The notes beneath the pieces are model-generated. The model was not told where the DNA came from. It searched no databases and saw only the letters and a list, made by a program, of their open reading frames with translations. The translations under genes and the position numbers were made by a program. Below, piece after piece: positions 1 to 9,800 of a stretch of DNA of 56,086 bases (within the stretch, counting starts at the first letter, position 1; each line of letters starts with the position of its first letter). Location: assembly GCA_034439895.1 (NCBI GenBank), contig JAWXBF010000248.1, positions 1-56,086 on the forward strand. Reading direction: 5' to 3'. The stretch comes from Deltaproteobacteria bacterium. Lineage in GTDB: Bacteria; Myxococcota_A; Polyangia; Fen-1088.

Positions 1-1
1 A

Positions 2-412
2 CCCGCACCCGCACAAATTGAACCTCCGAAGATCCATTCTCGCCGGATCCTTGTGGTCGACGACGAAGAGGATATGGCCGAGTTGTTCGCCAGCATTCTC
101 GAACAGGACGGCCATCAGACCCTCGCCGTCACGGATGGGTTTGCCGCACAAGCAGCCATCCGCACCTTTGATCCTGAGGTCGTGCTGCTCGACATCGGCC
201 TCCCCCAGATGGACGGGTATGAGGTCGCAAAAAAGATCCGAGAGGAGCATGGCGAAAAGAAGATTTTGCTGATTGCCGTGACCGGGTATCAGAAAGACGC
301 CGCTCGGCTGACACAGGCCGGCTTCGACCAGCACCTCATCAAGCCGCCCAATCTGGAGAAGCTATCGGCGATGCTCTCTGCGTGGGACACCGGGGGACAG
401 TCGCCCCCATGA
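2..412 (+). CDS. Response-regulator receiver (REC) domain. The frame is open to the left window edge, so this is either the C-terminal receiver of a larger protein or a 5-prime-truncated CheY-like gene.
   Basis: The frame is open from nt 2 (..KIHSRRILVVDDEEDMAELF..). REC hallmarks are present: acidic pair VVDDEE, phospho-acceptor context VVLLDIGLPQMDG, AVTGY and HLIKP. The stop TGA at 410-412 overlaps the next start (ATGA). Confidence 0.8.
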   Translation, partial: PAPAQIEPPKIHSRRILVVDDEEDMAELFASILEQDGHQTLAVTDGFAAQAAIRTFDPEVVLLDIGLPQMDGYEVAKKIREEHGEKKILLIAVTGYQKDAARLTQAGFDQHLIKPPNLEKLSAMLSAWDTGGQSPP

Positions 413-1008
413 CGAAGACCAAGCATCCCAGGACAGAGTTTCCTATCGTTTGTGTGGGCGGATCGGCCGGGGGCCTCGACGCCTATATCCGTTTGCTACG
501 TCATCTGCCGGCCGACATGGGCGTGGCTGTCGTCATCGTGAATCACCTCAGAACCGTGGCCACCCGGCTTCACGAAATTCTCCCGAACTACACGAAGATG
601 CCAGTTGAACTCATCACGGATCGGTTGATCATCGAACCGAATCACGTGTTCATCATCCCGGAACAGCGTGACTTGCACGTGGTGGACGGAGCGTTTCGAC
701 TGAAGCCGATATCAAAGCCCCGCGGATGGCCCGACGTGATTACGGTCTTCCTTCATTCCTTGACGGAGCACTGGGACGGCAAGCTCATCGCTGTCATTGT
801 CTCTGGCTATGATGGCGATGGGGCCGCGGCGCTGTGCGGCATCAAGGAAGTGGGCGGCATTACGATCGCGCAATCGCCCGACACCGCCGCCATGCCGGAC
901 ATGCCCGAGAGCGCCATCGCAAGCGGTTGTATCGACTTCGTTCTATCGCCCGAGGAGATCGCTCGCGAAATCGCAAGAATCGCAGCGTTGGAAACAACCG
1001 AGCCGTAG
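409..1008 (+). CDS. Stand-alone CheB-type protein-glutamate methylesterase catalytic domain with no REC domain of its own
   Basis: The CheB Ser-His-Asp contexts are all present: VCVGGSAGGLDAY, VVIVNHLR, VSGYDGDGAAAL. ATG 409 overlaps the upstream stop by 4 nt. The ORF track start at 382 is an alternative. Confidence 0.8.
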   Translation: MTKTKHPRTEFPIVCVGGSAGGLDAYIRLLRHLPADMGVAVVIVNHLRTVATRLHEILPNYTKMPVELITDRLIIEPNHVFIIPEQRDLHVVDGAFRLKPISKPRGWPDVITVFLHSLTEHWDGKLIAVIVSGYDGDGAAALCGIKEVGGITIAQSPDTAAMPDMPESAIASGCIDFVLSPEEIAREIARIAALETTEP

Positions 1009-1147
1009 CCCGTTACCGAACGGTTACCAAGATACGTCGACCCTGCGTGGGCCCATGCCATACGTGGCGCTTGCGGCGTTCCACTGCTTTACGTTGGGGC
1101 TTTTGCGTCGAAACCCGTTGGAACACGGTTTGCATGATCGCACCAAC

Positions 1148-1435
1148 ATGGATACACAAAACAAGGACCCCAATATGAAACAACAACACACCGAGCAACG
1201 TGAAGGCCCGATGGCACGATCAATTGAAAAGCAAACGTCGAAAATACCATCCGACTGGTTTCTGTGGTCGGCACTCGGATCGATCGGCATTTCGCTGGGA
1301 TTCGTGCTGGCTGGAAGAAAGGAGGTCGGCAATTTCGTCGGCCAGTGGGCGCCCACCTTCCTGCTCCTTGGTCTCTACAACAAGGTAGTGAAGGTGGCCG
1401 GCCACGACAAGTTCGACTCCAGTCTGACGCATTGA
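1148..1435 (+). CDS. Small hypothetical membrane protein (about 95 aa, two hydrophobic helices)
   Basis: ATG at 1148 (MDTQNKDPNM..). Hydrophobic segments WFLWSALGSIGISLGFVLAG and WAPTFLLLGLY. The 797-start extension of the same ORF overlaps the CheB gene and reads as Arg/Pro-rich noise. Confidence 0.45.
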   Translation: MDTQNKDPNMKQQHTEQREGPMARSIEKQTSKIPSDWFLWSALGSIGISLGFVLAGRKEVGNFVGQWAPTFLLLGLYNKVVKVAGHDKFDSSLTH

Positions 1436-1454
1436 CATCACCCACAACGACATT

Positions 1455-1488
1455 GCCGACCTCGTGATCGAGCGCGACCGAGGTCGGC
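1455..1488. terminator. GC-rich hairpin between convergent genes (candidate bidirectional terminator)
   Basis: Perfect 10-bp inverted repeat GCCGACCTCG (1455-1464) / CGAGGTCGGC (1479-1488) with a 14-nt loop. There is no clear U-tract on either strand. Confidence 0.35.
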
Positions 1489-1495
1489 TGTCCCG

Positions 1496-2602
1496 TTAGG
1501 GTGCGAGGATGCCGAACAGGTGGGTGTTGTCGGAAACGCGTAATACGGATTCATGCGCGGCACCGGTCGCAAAGACGTCGACGGGGATCGCGGTGTGCGA
1601 GGTGGTGGTGTAGTGATGGCTCGGCAAGTTCACATCCGTCGACGCATCGGTCGACGCATCCAGTACAAGCCCACCGGTTTCGTGATCCGAAGTGACGATG
1701 ATGAGCGTGTCGGTCCTATTGCCCATCCACACCATGGCTTCGGCAACCGCCTCGTCCAATTCCAAAATGGCGGCCACCACCCCGTCCAAATTGTTGGCGT
1801 GACCGTGTGTGTCGGTTGCCTCGGTCTCCACCAGCAAGAAAAAGCCCGCTTTTCCACGTGACATAAATCCCAACGCGGCCCGCGTCAGCTCAGGCAGCCG
1901 GGGTCGGGTCACGTCAAAGAGCCATGCGACGTGATCTGCGCCGGGGGATCGCACGGCCATCTCGGCTTCGGAGTCAATTGAGATGTAACCCGCGGTCTCG
2001 GCTTGGACCCGGCCCAATTCGAAAGAAGCCCCGCCCGCCATCAAATCGGGGCGGGTCCCGCGCAGGTAATCGGCGGCCACGCCAGCCTGGTCGAATCGGG
2101 AGGCTTGATGGGCGACAAAGGCAGAGGGGGTCGCGTCGACAAGCGGCGTATCGACCGTTGCCACACCCACCGGCGCACCCGTCCGTTGCCGCAGCTCAAG
2201 CGCGGTCACGAGGGGACGTCCATTTCCCGGGAGCGCCACCCCGAGCGTGTAGGGCGTCACCTTGTGACCCGTCGCGATGGCCGTGGCCGCAGCGCCCGAA
2301 TCGGACACCACGCCACCCGCGGCCTCTGTCGACATCAACACGTGGGTCGGGAAGCGATCGAAGTGCAGCGGCGCCTGTTTTACCAACCTTGCGGCCTGTA
2401 ATTGCGCGGGGCCAGCCCCATCCAGAATGAAGAGAAGCACGTTGTAGCGCGGTGGGCCAGCATCGCCCGAACGCAACAAACCGCCTTCCAAACCAGCGTG
2501 ATTGTAAACGGTCGGTGGCCGATCGCCGGCGCAGCCGAGCGCACCCGATCCCAGCAATCCGAACAACAATTTGATGATTCGAATGGTGCCGGGCGCACCC
2601 AT
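1496..2602 (-). CDS. Alkaline phosphatase family protein, probable lipoprotein
   Basis: Motifs FILDGAGP, the nucleophile context VSDSGAAATAIATGHK, ETEATDTHGHANN and VTSDHETGG. Starting at M15 gives the signal MGAPGTIRIIKLLFGLLGSGALGC with a lipobox. The ORF could start at 2644. Confidence 0.85.
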   Translation of the reverse strand: MGAPGTIRIIKLLFGLLGSGALGCAGDRPPTVYNHAGLEGGLLRSGDAGPPRYNVLLFILDGAGPAQLQAARLVKQAPLHFDRFPTHVLMSTEAAGGVVSDSGAAATAIATGHKVTPYTLGVALPGNGRPLVTALELRQRTGAPVGVATVDTPLVDATPSAFVAHQASRFDQAGVAADYLRGTRPDLMAGGASFELGRVQAETAGYISIDSEAEMAVRSPGADHVAWLFDVTRPRLPELTRAALGFMSRGKAGFFLLVETEATDTHGHANNLDGVVAAILELDEAVAEAMVWMGNRTDTLIIVTSDHETGGLVLDASTDASTDVNLPSHHYTTTSHTAIPVDVFATGAAHESVLRVSDNTHLFGILAP

Positions 2603-2712
2603 CCCATCGTGCGAAGGATATCGGGCTGGCGACTTGTGGAACAACTTTGCAAGAATACCGTAACTATTTACGATCGTCGCGGTTCCGATTGGCGTCTAGT
2701 GGCTGGAGCGCA

Positions 2713-3477
2713 ATGTCAACGTCCGCAACCGTTCTGACCGACACCCTGCATGGGTTCGAGCAGGCCGACGCCAACCGGATTGGCGAGCGGGCACTTTTGC
2801 GTCGATACGACTCCAAATTTCTTCTGCCGCAGGATGCATTTTGTCCATGGCTCAAGTCGCTGCAGCCCCACTATACGATTCTGTTGGCAGCGCAGAGCCC
2901 CATCGCGAATTACCGAACCGTGTATTTCGATACGCCCGAGCGGACGAGTTACCACGATCACGCGCGCGGTCGGAGACCTCGAACCAAGATTCGCATCCGA
3001 CACTACGCCGAGCGCCACCTGAGTTTCCTCGAAATCAAGACCAAGACCAACCACGGACAAACCGTGAAAGCCCGGCAGAAACGCGCGTTCAATGACGAGA
3101 CGCTGGCGGTTGCCGACCATGCCTTTGTCGCTGGCCTCATCCGCATCGATCCACTGAGTCTTTCGCCCAGTCTCGTCACCGACTTTCGCCGAATCACCCT
3201 GCTTGCCCGCGAACGCGACGAACGTGTGACGGTTGATCTCGACATGTCCTTCGAGCAACGGGGAGACAGACAATTTTTCCCGCCCGTGGCGCTGGTCGAG
3301 ATCAAACAGGGGCGCTTCACCCGCACCACACCTGCAATGGCAGGCTTGCATGCGTTCCACGGGCGCAGCGTTGCCTTCAGCAAATACTGCATGAGCCTTG
3401 CGCTCTCCGGCGAAGTACCCCGAACCCACACGTTCCGACCCGCGCTTCGACTGCTTGAAAGGATGTCACATGCTTGA
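2713..3477 (+). CDS. VTC domain-containing protein (polyphosphate-polymerase-like triphosphate-tunnel fold)
   Basis: Motifs RYDSKFLL, YRTVYFDT, RRPRTKIRIRHY, FLEIKTKTNHGQTVKARQ and VALVEIKQG. ATG 2713 is preceded by GGAG. The TTG at 2647 would leave only 2 nt to the divergent gene and runs through AT-rich promoter-like sequence. Confidence 0.8.
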   Translation: MSTSATVLTDTLHGFEQADANRIGERALLRRYDSKFLLPQDAFCPWLKSLQPHYTILLAAQSPIANYRTVYFDTPERTSYHDHARGRRPRTKIRIRHYAERHLSFLEIKTKTNHGQTVKARQKRAFNDETLAVADHAFVAGLIRIDPLSLSPSLVTDFRRITLLARERDERVTVDLDMSFEQRGDRQFFPPVALVEIKQGRFTRTTPAMAGLHAFHGRSVAFSKYCMSLALSGEVPRTHTFRPALRLLERMSHA

Positions 3478-4120
3478 ACTCTGGGGTTCCGATCTATTCT
3501 TTGATGGCGCCGACTTCGGAAAACTGTTCATGCGCATGGCGTTTGACCTGCTGGTCACGGCCGTCCTGGTGCGGGGCATCTACTACCCGCTCTACAAGCG
3601 GCGCGAGTTCGTCTTTATCTACTTCATCTTCAACCTCATCACGTTCAGCCTGTGCCATCTTTTGCGCAAGGTCCCGATCGAGCTTGGATTTGCGCTGGGG
3701 CTATTTGCCGTTTTCGGGATCCTGCGCTACCGGACCGAGCCCATCCGCATCCGGGATCTCTCCTACCTCTTCGTCGTGATAGGCGTCGGTATTCTCAACG
3801 CCGTCTCCAACAAGAAAATCAGCGTCGCGGAACTGCTGCTTGTCAACGGCGGCATCGTGTTCACAACGGCGTTGCTTGAATCGGCAAGCTTCGGTGGCCG
3901 CGAGGAGGAGCGCATCCTATTGTACGACAACATCGAGCTACTCAAACCGGAGCGGCACGCGGACTTCCTCGCCGATCTTGCGCGTCGCACCGGGCTCGAC
4001 ATCCAGAGGGTGGCCATCGGACAGGTGGATCTCTTGAAAGACACCGCTCTCATCACGGTGTATTACAACAAGCCGAAGAACGGCCACCCGAACGTCGTAT
4101 CGGGAGGGCCGGCATCGTGA
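3470..4120 (+). CDS. DUF4956 domain-containing integral membrane protein
   Basis: About five hydrophobic helices. Family-typical core GLFAVFGILRYRTEPIRIRDLSYLFVVIGVGILNAV. ATG 3470 overlaps the VTC stop (3475-3477) by 8 nt. Confidence 0.8.
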   Translation: MLELWGSDLFFDGADFGKLFMRMAFDLLVTAVLVRGIYYPLYKRREFVFIYFIFNLITFSLCHLLRKVPIELGFALGLFAVFGILRYRTEPIRIRDLSYLFVVIGVGILNAVSNKKISVAELLLVNGGIVFTTALLESASFGGREEERILLYDNIELLKPERHADFLADLARRTGLDIQRVAIGQVDLLKDTALITVYYNKPKNGHPNVVSGGPAS

Positions 4121-4773
4121 GATCTGTTGCAGCAACGACGTTGTGCGCCCTGGTGGCTATTGGAGCTGTTGACACTGCGCGGGCTGACGAAGGCCAACTC
4201 TGGAGCGAAGTGGGACTGCGCTACAAGGTGAACAAGAAAGTTCGTCTTGAGGCGAATCAGTACCTCCGTTTCACGACCTCACCACTCGAAACGGAACAGG
4301 TCATGCCCGAAGTTAGCGGAACCCATGAACCCATCGACGGGCTTCGGCTCCGTCTTGGCTACCGTTACATTTCGAGCCGCAACAAATTCGATCGTTTCGA
4401 GAAGTGGCACCGATTCTTTGGCGACGTCCGGGTGCAGTGGAAATGGAAAAAGGTCCGCATGACGAATCGCCTGCGCTATCAAAACCAGGTAACCGACGAG
4501 TTCGGCGAACAGAACAACCAAACCTTGCGCGATCAACTTCAGCTTGGATACGACACCGATCGGATGGTCGAACCGTTTGTGTCGGGAGAGCTGTTTTACC
4601 GGATGACCGGCAAACGGGCGCCGGGGATTGACAAGTACCGCTTCGAGATGGGCGCATCGGCCGAGATTGACCGACACGATGTCTCGCTGTCCTACCGGAT
4701 GGAGTTGCCCGTGGCCGATGCCAACGATCCGATGATGCACATTCTTTCGTTCTCATATCATTTCACGCTGTAG
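4117..4773 (+). CDS. DUF2490 domain-containing protein with a signal peptide (probable outer-membrane beta-strand protein)
   Basis: Signal MRSVAATTLCALVAIGAVDTARA. Alternating beta-strand-like pattern (LWSEVGLRYKVNKKVRLEANQYLRF.., LRLRLGYRYIS..). The GTG start overlaps the DUF4956 stop (GTGA). Confidence 0.65.
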   Translation: MRSVAATTLCALVAIGAVDTARADEGQLWSEVGLRYKVNKKVRLEANQYLRFTTSPLETEQVMPEVSGTHEPIDGLRLRLGYRYISSRNKFDRFEKWHRFFGDVRVQWKWKKVRMTNRLRYQNQVTDEFGEQNNQTLRDQLQLGYDTDRMVEPFVSGELFYRMTGKRAPGIDKYRFEMGASAEIDRHDVSLSYRMELPVADANDPMMHILSFSYHFTL

Positions 4774-4781
4774 GGATTCTC

Positions 4782-6830
4782 ATGTTGTACCGTCGTACGC
4801 TTTCTGGAATAGCCGTGGCCTCCGCTCTCTTTGCGGGCTGTTCTGCAGAGGGCGGCTCGAAAACCATTGGTCTATCCGCGATACCGCCACTTGTGGGCGT
4901 GGAGGGGCCCTGCGTTGCGCCCGCGCCCGTTGCCGGCGAGGCGGGACCGACCCACCTGCTTTCAGTCGGATGTGCCGCCGATTTCCGCGTGATTGCGGCG
5001 CAGCCAAGCAATACGAGTATCCCGGGCGCGCTGTCGGCGAAGATCATTCTCGACCGCGTGTCGGGCAAGGTCTATTTTCAAAATACCAATCGCTACAAGC
5101 TCCACTGGGAGTTTGCCTCCACGAATTTGTCCGGCAATGGGTTGCCCATCGTGCCCGCGCTGTCGGACTTCAACCGAACCGAGTACTACTCGCCCGATCG
5201 CCGTTTTGTGCTGGCGGCGATTACCTTCTATTCAGAAGCAAAACTCTGGGCACTGGAGATATCGCCCTACGACACGGCCTCGATCGAAATGGTTTCGTCG
5301 CTACACACTGCCATCAAAGCGGCGGCATATTTTGGTCCCGATTTGATCTTTCACCCAACGTCGGACACCGTGGAGCGGACCGCTGCCAATCTTCCGAAGA
5401 CGGTGCCCGTCGTCACGACCTCGGTCTTGTACGCCGGAATTTCTTACCAGCCGCTCAACCTTGCCACCTCACTCGGTCGTTTGCGTTTCGTCAAGGCGGC
5501 CGATCTGGAAAAGGCCTACGTCAGCTTCCGCGACATCGTGGTTCTTGATCGCGTTCCCAATGACATTTCGGTTGTCACGGGGCTCATCACGCAAGAATTT
5601 CAGACACCGCTTTCGCACGTGAACGTACTTTCACAGAACCGTGGCACACCCAACATGGCGCTGCGCAATGCGTTTTCGGATCCCAAATTGCGATCGTACG
5701 ACGGCAAGTGGGTTCGCCTGCGGGTCGGCGCGTTTGACTACGGGATCGAAGAGATCACGCTCGCGGAGGCCGATGTCTGGTGGGCGATGAACCGTCCTGC
5801 CGCCGTGGGAATTCCCGCCGTCGATCTGACCACAACCGAACTGCGAGACGTGACGAAGATGGTGGATGTGTCCGACCCGATGTTGTTGCGCGATCGGATC
5901 AAGGCCGCCATCCCGGCCTACGGCGGAAAGACGAGTCACTACGCGGTACTCGCGCAAGTTCCCGGCGTGCCGGTCCCAAAGGCTTTCGGTATTCCGGTTT
6001 TTTACTATGCGCAATTCATGTCCCAGAACGGCTTCGACGAGCGGGTTACCTTGATGTTGGCGGACGCCACCTTTCGCGGTGATCCCGCCGTTCGCGATGC
6101 CACCCTCGCGAAACTTCGCGCCGACATGGAGAAAGCACCGGTCGACGCGACCTTTCAACTAGCCTTGTTCGACAAACTGAATCGCGACTACCCCAAAACA
6201 CGGATGCGCTTTCGTTCGAGCACCAACGCCGAAGATCTCGAAGGCTTCACGGGAGCGGGTCTCTATACCTCGCACAGTGGTCAGCCCGGCGATCCCGATC
6301 GACCCGTCTTCGCTGCCATCCGAAAAGTATGGGCCAGCATCTGGTTTTTCCGCGCCTTTGAAGAGCGCGAATATCGCAGCATCGATCATCGTGCGGTTGG
6401 AATGGCATTGCTCGTTCACAACAGCTTCCCGAACGAAGCGGCCAACGGTGTGGCGCTGACCGCCAACCCCTTCGACACCTCGGGCGCCGATCCTGCGCTC
6501 TACATCAACGTACAGCAGGGTGAGGAATCCGTGGTACAGCCCGATCCAAGCATCACGACGGACCAGTTCCTCTACTACTACTATTCGCCCAATCGCCCGA
6601 TCGTCTTTCTTGACCACTCGTCGCTCATCTCGGCGAACAAGACGGTCTTGACCGCAACCCAAACTTACGAACTTGGGACGGCCCTCGATAGGATCCACCA
6701 GTTCTTCCTGCCCGCCTACGGCACCACGCCGGGTGTATTTTTCGCCATGGATGTCGAGTTCAAATTCGACGGCAATCCGCCCGTCCTGGCCGTCAAACAG
6801 GCAAGGCCCCATCCCGGTCGCGGTCTGTAA
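4782..6830 (+). CDS. Lipoprotein with a PEP/pyruvate-binding (PPDK_N, ATP-grasp) domain
   Basis: Signal plus lipobox MLYRRTLSGIAVASALFAGC. PpsA/PPDK-type nucleotide-binding signature RFRSSTNAEDLEGFTGAGLYTSH. It starts 8 nt after the DUF2490 stop. Confidence 0.8.
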   Translation: MLYRRTLSGIAVASALFAGCSAEGGSKTIGLSAIPPLVGVEGPCVAPAPVAGEAGPTHLLSVGCAADFRVIAAQPSNTSIPGALSAKIILDRVSGKVYFQNTNRYKLHWEFASTNLSGNGLPIVPALSDFNRTEYYSPDRRFVLAAITFYSEAKLWALEISPYDTASIEMVSSLHTAIKAAAYFGPDLIFHPTSDTVERTAANLPKTVPVVTTSVLYAGISYQPLNLATSLGRLRFVKAADLEKAYVSFRDIVVLDRVPNDISVVTGLITQEFQTPLSHVNVLSQNRGTPNMALRNAFSDPKLRSYDGKWVRLRVGAFDYGIEEITLAEADVWWAMNRPAAVGIPAVDLTTTELRDVTKMVDVSDPMLLRDRIKAAIPAYGGKTSHYAVLAQVPGVPVPKAFGIPVFYYAQFMSQNGFDERVTLMLADATFRGDPAVRDATLAKLRADMEKAPVDATFQLALFDKLNRDYPKTRMRFRSSTNAEDLEGFTGAGLYTSHSGQPGDPDRPVFAAIRKVWASIWFFRAFEEREYRSIDHRAVGMALLVHNSFPNEAANGVALTANPFDTSGADPALYINVQQGEESVVQPDPSITTDQFLYYYYSPNRPIVFLDHSSLISANKTVLTATQTYELGTALDRIHQFFLPAYGTTPGVFFAMDVEFKFDGNPPVLAVKQARPHPGRGL

Positions 6831-6836
6831 TACGTA

Positions 6837-9800
6837 TCAGTGAGCCGAAGGCACGCCCGCGTCTGACACACGACGCATATCACCGCAGTCGGGTCGATCC
6901 GGACAGCGATCCTCGGCCACCCTCTTCTGCGGATTCAGTCGGAACTTGTTGAGAAACAAAGATCCGTCGGGCTCCCACGCCAGGACGTCCTGCACCGCCA
7001 GACAGCGTTTCGCCCCGGAAGCGCAGGGCAAAACTGGAAAACCGCGAACCCACGCCTTGCGAACGGAATCGAAACCCCACAGGGCCCCGGTATCCCGATC
7101 CAACAGATTCAAAACCCCGTCACACGCTTCTGCACAGGCGGGCATGGGACCGGCGAGAATTTGCCAGCGACCGTCGGGCGAATTGCCGGGCGTTTGATTC
7201 ACACCCACCGTGGCAGGTGCCGTTGCACACTGTCGCTGCGAACCCTGCTGCACACAAAGCGAATCGTCGCTGCCTTGCATTGGACCACGCAATATTCCCG
7301 ACGTTTCGTCATACGACCAACGGGTTTTCGGCAGCAGCGTCGCGCCTTGCACGGCGGGCCAATTGGATTTCGGCGCGCGGTGAACATCGCCATCGGGGTT
7401 GATCCAGTAATACGATTCGGCGTCGGCCACAAGAAGCTGAGCGGCGGGCATCAACCTTTCAGGCGTTCCCCCTCGAACAGGCACCCGCCATCCGTGGCCG
7501 TTGGTAAAAAGAACGTAGTCCCCATCGACCGACAAACTGCGCGCGTGCGCCGTCGTCAAGCGACGCGCGATCCCATCCACCTTGCCGCGCGCAAGGCTTC
7601 CCCAGAAAGGAACGGCAGAAATGCCCCGGGCGTCCGCAACAAACACCTCGCGCTCGCCAATCGCAACGATCGCATCGATGCCGACGATCGGCACCCCCTC
7701 AACGATGGGCGACCCGGTATGGTCGGCCCATCCCAATAGCGATTTCTCCGGGGTTACGCCCTTGACTGCGAACACGACCAGGGTGTTATCGATGGCCTTC
7801 ACCACGGGCGTCACACCGGACGCAAGCGAAACACGGATCCCCTCGGGGATATCCTTGCCAGTCAGAGTCTTGCCTGTTCGCGTGTCCCATTTCATCAGGC
7901 GCCCGGCTTCTCTCCACGAGACGCCCCCGTCGCCGACGCTCAGCGCACTGCGAGGCGCTTTGCCGCCGACCGACAGAATCGCAACACCGGGAATCGGCGA
8001 CGTCGCTTGCGACGGAATTTCGTGTAGCAAACGGGGAACCGGAATGTCGAGGTACTCGGCCACCACAGAGCCGCCGGCATTCGCGTTCAAGTCGAAACGC
8101 ATTCCGTCTTGCTCCCAGCCGCGCGCGCGCGCTTGAATCTGGCGAAAATTGCCCACCTCGGTCGTGTTCTGCGGGTTGAAGCAAACTTGCCGGGTGGCAA
8201 CCTTCTCGGTCTCTGAAAGCCGACATCCGCTGCGACGAACGGCGCCTGCAGCGAGCGACAGACTATCCCAGAATACGTAGTCACCCGCCACTTCGAGATT
8301 TTCAACAAACGCATCTGGGCCTTTGGCTTCGGTCAATGGTATCACGCCGAGGCCGTCCAGGTTGCCGCGATACAACTGCGTCGGAGACGCCTCATCGCTT
8401 TGCGGCACCTTGGTTCGTTCGGTCCAGTAGACGTGGCGATCGGTCACGACCCATAAATCGATGTCCCTCGGCCGCTCGACCACAACCGAAGGGCTTTGTC
8501 CGCGCTTGCCGACCGTCCAGATGCGACGGTGCGTCGTTTGCAAGAATAGGTTCAGGCGATTGTTTTTCATCGATTGAACGACGTTGTCCAGGATGACCGC
8601 TTCCATCACCGGCTCAGGCGACAAGGCATCCACCGTCCGGGTCTTCATCACGGCTCGACTGAACCCTCGGATGCGAATCTGGTTGGGTTCTGATTGCGCG
8701 ACAAAGACCTCTTCGTCGTCGATCGTGTTGCCCGAACAACCGTATCTCAGGCCGTGGTTTTTGCGTTCTCGTCCCAGGCGATCCACCGTGAAATAGCCCT
8801 CGTCGTCACAACCTGCGATCTCGTTGCCCTTGACGTGCAACATTGCGTGTCCGGAGACTGCTGCCACGCGCGACATGCGAGCCGACCGTTTTTCAATCGA
8901 GATGAGCTCGCGGCCGCGAACGGCTAACACATCGTTGCCCCCGATGTGGATCACGCGATCAATGTGATCGGCGAGCACCCGGTTGCGAGCCTGGTTGGCA
9001 ACCACCCAAAGCTTGTTTTCGGTGCGAACCAGGAGCTTGTTTTCGGGCAACGGCAACACCGCGTCGCAAGGACCATCGAAAACGCGATCGCTTGTCCCGT
9101 CTGCAACATTGACCCGAAGGCTGCCTTCGTCGGTACATGCCAGGAGCGTGCGCCCAAACGGTGTGAGTCCTCGAACCGAGGCTGGCTCGAACCATTCCCC
9201 ACTGTCGATCAACGCCAGCGATCCACGATTTTTCTTTGCGTATCGCGTGATCAAACGTTGCACACCGCTCGACACAAATACGAACTCGGGCCCGACCGCG
9301 AGCGCCGACACCACCGGGTGAGAACCGGGCAACCGGTGGGTCGAGCCGTCACCGCGCGCCACCGAAATAACGGCGTCGTTGAGCGTGACAAAGACCGTAT
9401 CCCAGTCGAGTGCCATTGCACGCGGATTTCCCGACAGCGCGGCCTTTGCTTTCGGCACGCCCCCCTCGGTCGACAGGGAATACAGTTGACCCGGAGCCGC
9501 CACGAACAGGCCGCGTTCATCCATCGCAACCACGGTCGGTTCGACCATTTGACTCGCCAGTATCTGCGGTGGTTTGTCACCCGCTTTCTCCGCACGGATT
9601 ATCGTGCCCGCGCGGCGATCCGCCACGTACACTGCATCCAGATCCTGAGCCAAGCCCGTGGGTTCTTGCAGTCCGTCGAGGAATACCGAAACCTTCAAGG
9701 TCTGGCGATCCAATCGCAACACCTGCCCTGAGGCGGGAACCGCAAAATACACCTGCGCGTCATCCCCCACCATCGCGATCGGTGGACCTTCGCGTACCAA

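Noticed and set aside
797-1147. N-terminal 117-aa extension of the small membrane-protein ORF
   Set aside because: It overlaps the CheB catalytic domain in another frame and reads as Arg/Pro-rich noise. The internal ATG at 1148 gives a sensible protein.
2603-2712. Pho box in the alkaline phosphatase / VTC divergent intergenic region
   Set aside because: I could not find tandem CTGTCAT-like direct repeats. The region is AT-richer (ttgcaagaataccgtaactatttacg), but no specific operator can be supported by eye.
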